Source: Clostridiaceae bacterium (lineage in GTDB: Bacteria > Bacillota > Clostridia > DSM-8532). From it: a DNA stretch of 64,000 nt. Numbering within the stretch: the stretch's first letter is position 1; each line of letters opens with the position of its first letter. The DNA is taken from assembly GCA_012520615.1 (NCBI GenBank), contig JAAYNX010000054.1:245-64244 (forward strand). Direction: 5' to 3'. Under the pieces are notes generated by a model. It searched no databases. It was not told the origin of the DNA and was given only the letters and a program-made list of their open reading frames with translations. The position numbers were made by a program, and so were the translations under genes. Positions 44,151 through 53,069 of this stretch are shown here, piece after piece.

Positions 44151-45644
44151 TTGAAGCAATTTTCACTTACTTTTGATTTTGGTTCCGGTAGTGTTAAGGC
44201 TGCTTTAATTGACAACAATCACCGAATTCTTGCTTCTTGCAATAAACCGTATCTTACCTATTTCCCGAAAATGAATTGGGCCGTCCAAGAGCCTGAGAGC
44301 ATTTGGTCGATTATGCAAGAGGCCACACTTGAGATTATTCACGCTTCAGGTATTCTCCCTACCCAGATAAAAGGAATCGCAATTTCACATACAGGTTCTT
44401 CAATTATCTTTGTAGATCAATTCGGCAACGCACTTTCAGAGTGCGTAATGTGGATGGACGGAAGAGCAGTTATTCAAGCAAATCGGCTAAATAAACTAAT
44501 TGGTAAAGACCTTTATACAGGAAAAAATGTAATCGCCAAACTATGCTGGTTTATGGAGAAGCAACCGGAGTTAATAGCTTCAGCCTATAAGCTTTTGGAC
44601 TTACAGGGATATCTTCTATATCACATGACTGGCCAAATGGTGTATGAATTCACAAGCGCCCGCACTACACGTTTATTTGACGTTTATAAAGGGTGTTGGG
44701 ATGAGTCAAAATTTGATATATCCGGTTTCCCTCGACGTTTAGTCCCTGAGCGGGTGGTCAGGTCTGATGAAACGGTGGGGTATCTAACATCTAAAGCTTC
44801 TCGACTATTGGGGGTTGCAGAGGGCACGCCTGTTTTCGGAGGGTGTAACGATCATGCGACAGCCGTTTTAGGTGCAGCCTGTGTTCAACCAGGAGATGCT
44901 CACATTTATATTGGTACTTCAGCTTGGTTGGCAGTTACAGCTAATGATTACCAAGATGTAGATACAATTCGCCCCTCACCCGTTCCGGGGCAGTGGTATC
45001 ATTACCTCGAAACCGATTCTGGCGGTGCATGTATTGATTATCTGATTAAAACATACTACCAAAAGGAAATCGCTGAAAATATGGATGCATATTCTCTGGT
45101 TGGTGACGAAAGCACAGGAGTTTCTTCCTATGCAAAAGTTCTATTTTTACCGTTCCTCACCGGCGCTTCAGCACCCATAAGCGATGTGCGAGTCCGTGCT
45201 TCTCTTCTTAATATAGAAGCCAGCACCTCTCGAGGGCAGATTGCTCGCGCCGTGTTGGATGGGGTTGGATTCAATCTATTGTGGTTAAAAGAGTTTTACA
45301 CCTCTAAGCAAGGTTGGAATATAAATTCACTGCGCGGAATCGGTGGAGGTATAATGTTGCCTGAGAGCGTACAGACCATAGCAAATATTCTAGGTGATCC
45401 TATAACAACCATGCGAGATCCGCGCTTTGCAGGAAATATCGGATTAGCTGTATGCATTGAAGTAGGTCTAAAAGAGCATCCTAATGGTTATGATGCACTA
45501 AAAACTTCCGCTGCTTTTGATAGGACATTCTACCCCCAAGATGAATTTCGGGAGCGTTATGATAGGCTATATCCAATTTATAAATCCGCGTTCTATGCGT
45601 TAAGCAAGATATACAACAAGTTGAACGAAGAGAAAGGAGAATAA
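44151..45644 (+). CDS. FGGY-family carbohydrate kinase
   Basis: 497 aa with the N-terminal FDFGSGSVKAALID phosphate-1 motif and FGGY-type C-terminal domain (GIGGG). TTG start with GGAGGAGG upstream. Confidence 0.8.
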   Translation: MKQFSLTFDFGSGSVKAALIDNNHRILASCNKPYLTYFPKMNWAVQEPESIWSIMQEATLEIIHASGILPTQIKGIAISHTGSSIIFVDQFGNALSECVMWMDGRAVIQANRLNKLIGKDLYTGKNVIAKLCWFMEKQPELIASAYKLLDLQGYLLYHMTGQMVYEFTSARTTRLFDVYKGCWDESKFDISGFPRRLVPERVVRSDETVGYLTSKASRLLGVAEGTPVFGGCNDHATAVLGAACVQPGDAHIYIGTSAWLAVTANDYQDVDTIRPSPVPGQWYHYLETDSGGACIDYLIKTYYQKEIAENMDAYSLVGDESTGVSSYAKVLFLPFLTGASAPISDVRVRASLLNIEASTSRGQIARAVLDGVGFNLLWLKEFYTSKQGWNINSLRGIGGGIMLPESVQTIANILGDPITTMRDPRFAGNIGLAVCIEVGLKEHPNGYDALKTSAAFDRTFYPQDEFRERYDRLYPIYKSAFYALSKIYNKLNEEKGE

Positions 45645-45648
45645 GAAC

Positions 45649-47094
45649 ATGTTAAATCAGTCATACCTTAACGGTTACGATGCCGCCGCAATTCGCGAGC
45701 GTGCTGTAAGCGTTATTGAGAACGGCAAACGTCTGAAACAGGATGCTCTGGATCGCTACAGGAAGCAATTTGATGAAAAGTGTGCAACATCCAAGAGCAC
45801 TATTAATGAGGCCAAGAATTATATTCCCGGCGGTGTACAGCACAATCTGGCACTGAACCATCCGTTCCCGCTAAACATTGTAAAGGCCGAGGGCCCATAT
45901 CTTTATGATATAGACGGCAATCGTTACATTGATTTACTGAATGGCGGAGGTGTTACAATTCTCGGTAACAACTACCCTGCAGTACGGGATGCTGTTATTG
46001 AAACTATTAACACAACCGGTTATCTAACAGGCCTATATCATGATTACGAAAAGAAACTGGCAGAGAAAATCTGTAGTTATTATCCTTCATGTGATAAATT
46101 CCGTATGTTAGGCAGCGGTACTGAGGCCGTAATGGTTGCCATTCGCCTTGCTCGTGCATTTACCGGCAAGGATCAGATTGTCAAACTCAAGGGCTGCTAC
46201 AATGGTTGGAGTGATCATGTTGTTTATGACGTGCGTACTGTCAACACAGGTACATCCTTTGCTGTGGGTGTTCCCGACGATACCCTTAAGAATACTTCTG
46301 CTGTAATGATTAACGATCTTGAAGCTTTAGAGCAGCGTTTCATTGAGAATGAAGCTAAGGGTGGTACTGCTGCATTCTTAATTGAGCCAATTGGTCAAGA
46401 CTCAGGCGGCGTACCTGTTCAGCTAGGCTATCATAAGAAAGTTCGTGAGCTGTGCGATAAGTACGGTGTATTACTAATCATGGATGAAGTAGTTACCGGT
46501 TTCCGTCTTGGCATGGGTGGCGCTCAAGCTACTTTTGACGTCAAGGCTGACATCACCGTTTTTGGTAAGATTATAGGCGGTGGGTTCCCGTCTGCAGGTG
46601 GTGTAGGTGCAAGAGATGAGATTATGAGCCTATGCACACCCGGAGTATCACACAGCGCAGGCAAAACTATTATGTTAGGTGGTACACTCAGTGCAAACCC
46701 TGTTAGCTGCGCAGCTGGATACACTGTAATTTGCGAGTTGGAACGAACAAATGCACATGAAAAACTAGAAGTAGCAACAGAAAAATTCGCTCGTGATCTT
46801 ACAGACCTTGCTAACAAATATGAAATTCCAGCAATAATTACACATCAAGGATCAATAATGCAAATTGACGTTACAGGCTTTAAGCATATTGCAACCTTTG
46901 AAAACTATAGTAAGGAAGAGATTGCTGAAAAACGTGCCGAAGCAGGAAAACGCATGAATGAATTTGCAATGGCATTAGCCGCTGAAGGCGTAATTGTAGC
47001 TGCAGGAAATAAGACTTTCCTAAATCTCCAGACCATTGATGTATTGGATGATGCCCTAGCTGCATATGAACGTGTATTCAAGGAATTTGAATAA
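45649..47094 (+). CDS. Class III PLP aminotransferase, glutamate-1-semialdehyde aminomutase (HemL)-like
   Basis: DEVVTGFRLGMGGAQATFDVKADITVFGKIIGGGFP carries the HemL-type PLP-lysine motif. It has a ~50-aa N-terminal extension and is translationally coupled to the kinase (4-nt gap). Confidence 0.8.
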   Translation: MLNQSYLNGYDAAAIRERAVSVIENGKRLKQDALDRYRKQFDEKCATSKSTINEAKNYIPGGVQHNLALNHPFPLNIVKAEGPYLYDIDGNRYIDLLNGGGVTILGNNYPAVRDAVIETINTTGYLTGLYHDYEKKLAEKICSYYPSCDKFRMLGSGTEAVMVAIRLARAFTGKDQIVKLKGCYNGWSDHVVYDVRTVNTGTSFAVGVPDDTLKNTSAVMINDLEALEQRFIENEAKGGTAAFLIEPIGQDSGGVPVQLGYHKKVRELCDKYGVLLIMDEVVTGFRLGMGGAQATFDVKADITVFGKIIGGGFPSAGGVGARDEIMSLCTPGVSHSAGKTIMLGGTLSANPVSCAAGYTVICELERTNAHEKLEVATEKFARDLTDLANKYEIPAIITHQGSIMQIDVTGFKHIATFENYSKEEIAEKRAEAGKRMNEFAMALAAEGVIVAAGNKTFLNLQTIDVLDDALAAYERVFKEFE

Positions 47095-47116
47095 TATTAA
47101 CCCCGTAATGAATAGA

Positions 47117-47215
47117 AAAGTACTCCAGTTACTACTGGAGTACTTTCGTGGTTGATATTGCGTTGACACGGTTTACTAAGAGGCATGCGCCTTTTGGAGC
47201 ATGCCTCTTATTTTC
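47117..47215. terminator. Two tandem hairpins between convergent aminotransferase and LacI-family genes
   Basis: Hairpin 1 is AAAGTACTCCAGT-TACT-ACTGGAGTACTTT (47117-47146). Hairpin 2 is AAGAGGCATGC-N11-GCATGCCTCTT followed by ATTTTC (47178-47215). Confidence 0.65.
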
Positions 47216-47216
47216 A

Positions 47217-48323
47217 TTAATCTTTATTAGTTTTTTTAGAAGTTTTTCTCTTAGGAACCTTGGGAGGCTTGCCGCAGCTTTCGCGCTCTGCAATATAAAA
47301 GGGTAGAGAAATTTTTAAGGGTAATGTATGGCCGCCATTGATACGATCAATCAAAGTTTTTGTTGCCAACTGCCCCATTTCCTCAACAGGAATATGTACC
47401 GAGGTCAGCTTGGTCGCCATGTATTGGGCCATATCAATATCATCAATTCCTATAATGGACATATCCTGCGGAATTCGGATGCCCTTTTCCCGCATAGCTC
47501 GCATAGCGCCAATTGCCGTTATATCATTTGCGGCCAGGACCGCTGTTACTCCATTAGCACGCTCTAGCAACTTAGTCGCACCGCGGTAGCCATTCTCAGA
47601 AGACAACGGAACATTGACAACATACGATTGCTCAAACTCAAGGCCATGTTTTTTAAGAGCTGCTTGATAGCCTTCGAACCGGTTTTCATTGCTTGTTTCT
47701 CCTATGTAAGCTATTTTTTCATGTCCAAGGCTTACAAGATAATCAACAGCAGCTTCTCCCACCTCTCTGCCGTCACAGATAATTTGGTCGTATTTGGCAG
47801 AAGTCGGATTCAAGCCGGTATAGCTGACAAACCGGAAGTTCTGCTTGAGGTATTTTAGCAGTACCTTATCGCAGCGGCCTAAAACCACAACACCACGAAT
47901 ATTCATGTCGTTGATGGTATGTAAAGTATCAATACTCTTCATATCAATTTCGGTCAGGGAATATCGAACATTATAATTAGCCTCGAATGCTGCAGCCTCT
48001 ACACTACATGCGAGTTTTGAAAAAAACGGATCATTGATAGACTCTGGTGTTCTTGCGAAAAGACATGCAATAGGATAAGGTCCATCAGATTTCGCAGTCT
48101 TTACATTTTTTCTTAGGTTTTGAGCATTTTTATTTGGCACATAGCCTGCTCGACTAACAATCTCCCAAATCTTGTTTTGGATCTCAGGACGGGCCACATG
48201 GGCGCCTTTTTTGTTAATGACACGCGATACTGTAGAAACAGAAACGCCCGCCTCTTTTGCAATCTCTTTCAGGGTCAATCTCAATCTTCCTATTCTATTT
48301 GATTTTCGGTTGAGTTCATGCAA
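47217..48323 (-). CDS. LacI-family transcriptional regulator
   Basis: N-terminal HTH LKEIAKEAGVSVSTVSRVINKK plus a periplasmic-binding-protein-like sugar-sensing domain. The real start may be the TTG at 48278 (giving MTLKEIAKEAG, with AGGAAG upstream) rather than ATG 48323. Confidence 0.85.
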   Translation of the reverse strand: MHELNRKSNRIGRLRLTLKEIAKEAGVSVSTVSRVINKKGAHVARPEIQNKIWEIVSRAGYVPNKNAQNLRKNVKTAKSDGPYPIACLFARTPESINDPFFSKLACSVEAAAFEANYNVRYSLTEIDMKSIDTLHTINDMNIRGVVVLGRCDKVLLKYLKQNFRFVSYTGLNPTSAKYDQIICDGREVGEAAVDYLVSLGHEKIAYIGETSNENRFEGYQAALKKHGLEFEQSYVVNVPLSSENGYRGATKLLERANGVTAVLAANDITAIGAMRAMREKGIRIPQDMSIIGIDDIDMAQYMATKLTSVHIPVEEMGQLATKTLIDRINGGHTLPLKISLPFYIAERESCGKPPKVPKRKTSKKTNKD

Positions 48324-48451
48324 TCGTTAAACTAATAATTTAGGCTATATATCAATCAAAACAACAACCGTTGCATACTATTCTAACGCAAATTTAGACA
48401 ATATGCAACAAATTTGCATAAACTATATTTTTAATTAAGGAGGTCCTTTAT

Positions 48452-49612
48452 ATGCCATTAGTACCACTTCGTCCATTATTAGAGGCAAGCTATCGTTACG
48501 GTTTTGCACACGGTGCATTTAATGTTAACACTGTTGCACAGGCTGATGCAGTTATAGAAATCCACGAAACCTTTAGATCCGCCGCTATTCTCCAAGGTGC
48601 TGACTTAGCAAATGCTTTCATGGGTGGGCGTGCTGATTTTATGAATGGTACCGTTGAAGACAAAAGAATCGGTGCCAAGCGCATAATGGATGCTGTACAG
48701 TCAGTTAGTGAAAACTCCCCTATTCCTATTGTAATGCATTTAGATCACGGTAAAGATGTGGAATCTATCAAAGCTGCTATTGAAGGTGGTTACACCTCTG
48801 TCATGGTAGATGGATCCAGCTTGAGTTTCGATGATAATGTTGAGCTTACTCGAGAAATTGTTAAATATGCCCATGAACGCGGAGTCACCGTAGAGGGTGA
48901 GCTAGGTATCTTAGCAGGAGTCGAAGATGATGTGTTCTCCGAAGAATCCACCTATACAAACCCTATGAAGGTTTGCGAATTCTTCCGAAAAACAGGCGTA
49001 GATTGTCTGGCCATTTCCTACGGCACCAAGCATGGAGCTGTTAAGGGAAAAAACGTTAAACTACGAAAGGAAATAGCAATTGCCGCTATGGAAAACTTAA
49101 AGCATGAGGGCATCTTTGGCGTACTGGTTTCCCACGGCTCATCTACGGTCCCCCAATATATGGTTGAAGAAATAAACGCAATGGGCGGACAAATCAGTAA
49201 TGCTCATGGTGTACCCATTTCTGAATTGAAACAGGTTATCCCTTGCGGCATAGGCAAGATAAACGTGGATACCGACATTCGTCTGTCTGTCACACGTTAC
49301 GTACGTGAGCTTTTTGTTAAGAACCCATCCCTTAAAGAAAGCAAGTCTATCGGAGGTGTTTGGGAGCTTATGGAATCGAAAGCAGATCAATTCGACCCAC
49401 GAGTATATTTACCACCTGTTATGGAGTCCTTAATAGTACGCAAAGAAATCACGGATATTGATTTGCTGAAACTAGTTGACTGCATCAAGCGCGGTGTTCA
49501 TGAGGCTGTTGGTACATTAATTGTTGAGTTCGGATCAGCAGGCTATGCCCCTAAAATAGAACCGGTTACGCTGGAAGAAATGGCCGATCGTTACCGCAAG
49601 GCCGGAATTTAG
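48452..49612 (+). CDS. Class II aldolase family protein with C-terminal extension (386 aa)
   Basis: HLDHG, GTKHGAVKG and SHGSST motifs of class II FBA-type aldolases, with ~60-80 extra C-terminal residues relative to the fba at 24830. AAGGAGG RBS. Confidence 0.75.
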   Translation: MPLVPLRPLLEASYRYGFAHGAFNVNTVAQADAVIEIHETFRSAAILQGADLANAFMGGRADFMNGTVEDKRIGAKRIMDAVQSVSENSPIPIVMHLDHGKDVESIKAAIEGGYTSVMVDGSSLSFDDNVELTREIVKYAHERGVTVEGELGILAGVEDDVFSEESTYTNPMKVCEFFRKTGVDCLAISYGTKHGAVKGKNVKLRKEIAIAAMENLKHEGIFGVLVSHGSSTVPQYMVEEINAMGGQISNAHGVPISELKQVIPCGIGKINVDTDIRLSVTRYVRELFVKNPSLKESKSIGGVWELMESKADQFDPRVYLPPVMESLIVRKEITDIDLLKLVDCIKRGVHEAVGTLIVEFGSAGYAPKIEPVTLEEMADRYRKAGI

Positions 49613-49627
49613 AAAGGAGATGTTTAC

Positions 49628-50653
49628 ATGAGACAAACAATTCTTGCCGCACCAAAGAAAATTGAATCCCGTGAGGTTCCGCTACCACAAATAGAACCTG
49701 ATGGTGTGTTAGCTAAGACTCTTCGCACAGGTATCTGTGGGACAGATGTTCATAGCTACTACGGGGAGACCATTTTCGGAAAAGTCTTCCCCTTCCATAT
49801 CGGACATGAAGTATGTGCAATAGTCGAAGAGGTCGGTTCTTCTGTCAAAACCTTAAAAAAAGGTGATGTGGTAGTAGTCAACCCATTTTTTACATGTGGC
49901 GGATGTACTGCATGTTACCTTGGTATGGAGAATAACTGTGCCCATAAGACTACCATTGGTCTGAAAGGGTTTGGTGGGTTTTCCGAATATGTTTATGTTC
50001 CTGCTACAAGCGCATTCAAAGTTCAAAGTGATGACTACAATGCCATGAGTCTGGCAGAGCCGCTTTCTACGGTTATTTATGGCCTTGACAAGCTTAGAAT
50101 TGACCCTACAAAAACGGTTCTCATCAATGGAATTGGACCAATAGGTATGATGTTTGCTCAATTAATCAAGTCCGCAAATGTTTCTCAGCTTGTAGTAACT
50201 GACCTTAATCAGGAAAAGCTGCGCCTTGCACGTAAACTGGGAGTTGATCTGGCTCTATGTCCGAAGGATACGGATGACAATGCAAAGCTTAAAGAGCTAA
50301 CAGAACAAGGGTTTGATATCATCATCGATTGCACAGGCTCAATTAAGTCCATGCAATCAACTGTAGATTGCGTAGTTTTCGGTGGTCAAATTCTCCTGTT
50401 TGGTATCTGTTCCGCAGAATCAACTATGGGGATAAAACCATTTCAACTATATAAAAAGGATGCTACCATTTTTTCTTCCTTTGCTCTAGATAAAAACTCT
50501 TTTCGCAAAGCCATCTCCTTATTGGAGAACGGACATATCAATACTGAGCTTCTAATTGATGAAGTAGTGCCTTTTTCTCAACTCGAGGATAGCATAAAAA
50601 AGATTGCTGACGGAAAGGCCAATGGAAAAATCATAATCGATACAACTCGTTAA
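49628..50653 (+). CDS. Zn-dependent alcohol/polyol(-phosphate) dehydrogenase (MDR family), second copy
   Basis: GICGTDVH, GHEVCA, the structural-zinc cluster CGGCTACYLGMENNC, and the GIGPIG Rossmann motif. Confidence 0.85.
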   Translation: MRQTILAAPKKIESREVPLPQIEPDGVLAKTLRTGICGTDVHSYYGETIFGKVFPFHIGHEVCAIVEEVGSSVKTLKKGDVVVVNPFFTCGGCTACYLGMENNCAHKTTIGLKGFGGFSEYVYVPATSAFKVQSDDYNAMSLAEPLSTVIYGLDKLRIDPTKTVLINGIGPIGMMFAQLIKSANVSQLVVTDLNQEKLRLARKLGVDLALCPKDTDDNAKLKELTEQGFDIIIDCTGSIKSMQSTVDCVVFGGQILLFGICSAESTMGIKPFQLYKKDATIFSSFALDKNSFRKAISLLENGHINTELLIDEVVPFSQLEDSIKKIADGKANGKIIIDTTR

Positions 50654-50678
50654 AATGAACGGTAGCAATTCTATTTAA

Positions 50679-50714
50679 ACGGCAGGTGTAAAATATACAC
50701 CTGCCGTTTTTTTT
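50679..50714 (+). terminator. Intrinsic terminator after the aldolase-dehydrogenase pair
   Basis: ACGGCAGGTGTA-AAATA-TACACCTGCCGT followed by T8. Confidence 0.85.
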
Positions 50715-50771
50715 CCGCTATTAATATGTAAGTTTAAGTTAATCGTTGCAGGCTACAGCCGTTTCTACCAT

Positions 50772-51491
50772 TTAACCTTTTATAAGCATTGAAAACCCGA
50801 CTATCATAATAAAAATGCATAATGCCTTTTTTATTATATCTACTGAGAGCTTTTTGAATAAAATTAATCCTGTTGTTGTCCCAATCCCAACACCGACAAT
50901 TCCTATTATACTGTATTTTATTATTTCGCCTGTTATATTCCCAATTACAAGATGAATACCAAAAGTATATATCGCACATATCAAAAAATAGAATTGAAGA
51001 GTCGCGTTATATTCCATTTTATTATCAGTAACAGATAAAAAATATGCCGCCACAGGTGGCCCTCCCATACCTAACAAGCCGGAGAGCAAACCACCTACTG
51101 CTCCTGCAATTATTCCGTTTATTCTGGTGGGCTTTATCTTTAATTTCTCACTGTAAAAAATAAAGTATATAGCCATGATTATGAGTACTCCGCCTAAAAT
51201 GCGGCGCAAAAATGTTTCGGTGCTAGACATCAAAGTAGCAATCCCAATCGAACTTGTAATAAATGAGGCAATCAACGGATAAATCATTAATTTAAATCTG
51301 ATATGTTTATGTAGCTTAAAAGAAATATATGCTACCATTACCAAGGCAGTAGTTATTTCAACCAGTACAGCAGATTGAAAAGGTATCACCAACGGCCATA
51401 AGGACATGGCTAAGATAGCATATCCAAATCCGCTTGCGGACTGGATAAAGCTACCTATTGCCGCTATAATAAATACAAAAAACAACTCCAT
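50772..51491 (-). CDS. TauE/SafE-family anion (sulfite/organosulfonate) exporter-like membrane protein
   Basis: 239 aa, ~8 TM helices, N-terminus FIIAAIGSFIQSASGFGYAIL typical of the TauE/SafE (DUF81) family. Confidence 0.7.
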   Translation of the reverse strand: MELFFVFIIAAIGSFIQSASGFGYAILAMSLWPLVIPFQSAVLVEITTALVMVAYISFKLHKHIRFKLMIYPLIASFITSSIGIATLMSSTETFLRRILGGVLIIMAIYFIFYSEKLKIKPTRINGIIAGAVGGLLSGLLGMGGPPVAAYFLSVTDNKMEYNATLQFYFLICAIYTFGIHLVIGNITGEIIKYSIIGIVGVGIGTTTGLILFKKLSVDIIKKALCIFIMIVGFSMLIKG

Positions 51492-51554
51492 ATTTTTACC
51501 TAGAATCTTTCTGATTTCAAGAGTTCAAAATACATGCCATGAAAAATCGTACGC

Positions 51555-52712
51555 CTACAAAAAACTTACAAATTCCTTTAAATCAAGACCTAAAAGTGGT
51601 TTGCACCAGTTAATAAACTCATTAGTTACATCATTTCCTCGTTCACTAATAAAGTTATCAGGCATTACTCGCTCATGAAGCATTACTTCGCTTATTGGAA
51701 TCAATATTGTCTTAATTTTATATTCTTCACCCAAAACACGCTCAAAGCCAACCATTACACCTGTGTTGCCTTCATATGCAGCCTTCATAGCTGTTCTACC
51801 TGCCAGTACCGCTTCATCCCTGTCCACCGGGGATTGGAATGCAATAGAAGCACGTCCACAAATACCGGGCTTTTCACTTCTGGCCTTTATACCCAAACGT
51901 TTAATTATCAGATTTGAAAGATGCGAGCTTACATCTCCGTAATAGACAGATCTTCCCACCTCAAAAATAGGGGGTACAATAGGTTTACCTTCTTTATTCT
52001 TGAGCCCTTCACTTACAACAACCACAACTCCACCAAGCTTATCGTATAACCTTTTTACATCTTCAAGAAATTCTTCCTCATCAAAGGGGCGTTCCGGCAA
52101 GTAAATAAGGTGAGGAGCATCACCTTCTTTTTTTCTGGCTAAAGCTGAAGCAGCAGTTATCCAGCCCGCATTTCTTCCAAGGGCTTCAATAACACAAACA
52201 TGAATTGGAAGCGCCTTCACATCTTGGGCTACCTCATTTACTGTTTCTGCAATATAGCGTGCCGCACTGCCAAAGCCGGGAGCATGATCGGTTATTGAAA
52301 TATCATTGTCTATTGTTTTGGGAATACCTACTACATTAATTCCGCTATCGCCCAAGGCTTGATATATCTTACCGCAGGTATCCATAGAACCGTTTCCGCC
52401 ATTGAATAACACATACTTAATATTATTACGTTTAATAATCTCAGCCATTTTCTCATAGTCAGATGGCCCTAATTCATACCGGGAGGTTCCTATTGCTGAT
52501 GCGGGAGTTTGTAAGAGAAGCTCCAGCCTATTTTCATCAATGTTTTTTAAATCAATAAAATTCTCGTCGAGAATACCTTTTGAGCCTCCTAAAGCAGCAT
52601 ATACTTTATCGATATTGTTATATTTTTTGGCTTCTGCAATAACGCCATATAATGACGAATTAATAACTGCTGTCGGGGCGCCTCCATGCACTACCAGAAC
52701 ATTTGATGCCAT
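51555..52712 (-). CDS. Phosphofructokinase-family protein (PFK-A fold), phosphoryl donor uncertain
   Basis: PKTIDND and LGRNAG motifs; NGGNGS in place of GGDGS. Start at ATG 52712 (AAAGGAGTG upstream) rather than the track GTG at 52721. Confidence 0.8.
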   Translation of the reverse strand: MASNVLVVHGGAPTAVINSSLYGVIAEAKKYNNIDKVYAALGGSKGILDENFIDLKNIDENRLELLLQTPASAIGTSRYELGPSDYEKMAEIIKRNNIKYVLFNGGNGSMDTCGKIYQALGDSGINVVGIPKTIDNDISITDHAPGFGSAARYIAETVNEVAQDVKALPIHVCVIEALGRNAGWITAASALARKKEGDAPHLIYLPERPFDEEEFLEDVKRLYDKLGGVVVVVSEGLKNKEGKPIVPPIFEVGRSVYYGDVSSHLSNLIIKRLGIKARSEKPGICGRASIAFQSPVDRDEAVLAGRTAMKAAYEGNTGVMVGFERVLGEEYKIKTILIPISEVMLHERVMPDNFISERGNDVTNEFINWCKPLLGLDLKEFVSFL

Positions 52713-53069
52713 ACTGTACACTCCTTTTATTTAAGCTAATGATTATATAATTTGTTTATTTTAAGGATAAAAATATCGTTTATTACGTTGTCTATATGTT
52801 TATAGTACCATATATTTGCTTGTTTACTCATTTCAAATTACACAAACGATTGCATTAAACTATGTGGGATGCCGAACTGCTATATGCTACAATATATTTA
52901 GGCCTTTTTTATTCTTAATAGCTAATGCAAACGTTTTAGTCAAATGTGATAATAAGGCACATAGTATCTTTTGTACATTTACATAAAACTATTATGCATA
53001 TATTTCGCCATTCTCGGCTAAAAGATAAGCTGTTATTATTAAAACTACAAATCGGGGTAAGATACAAAA

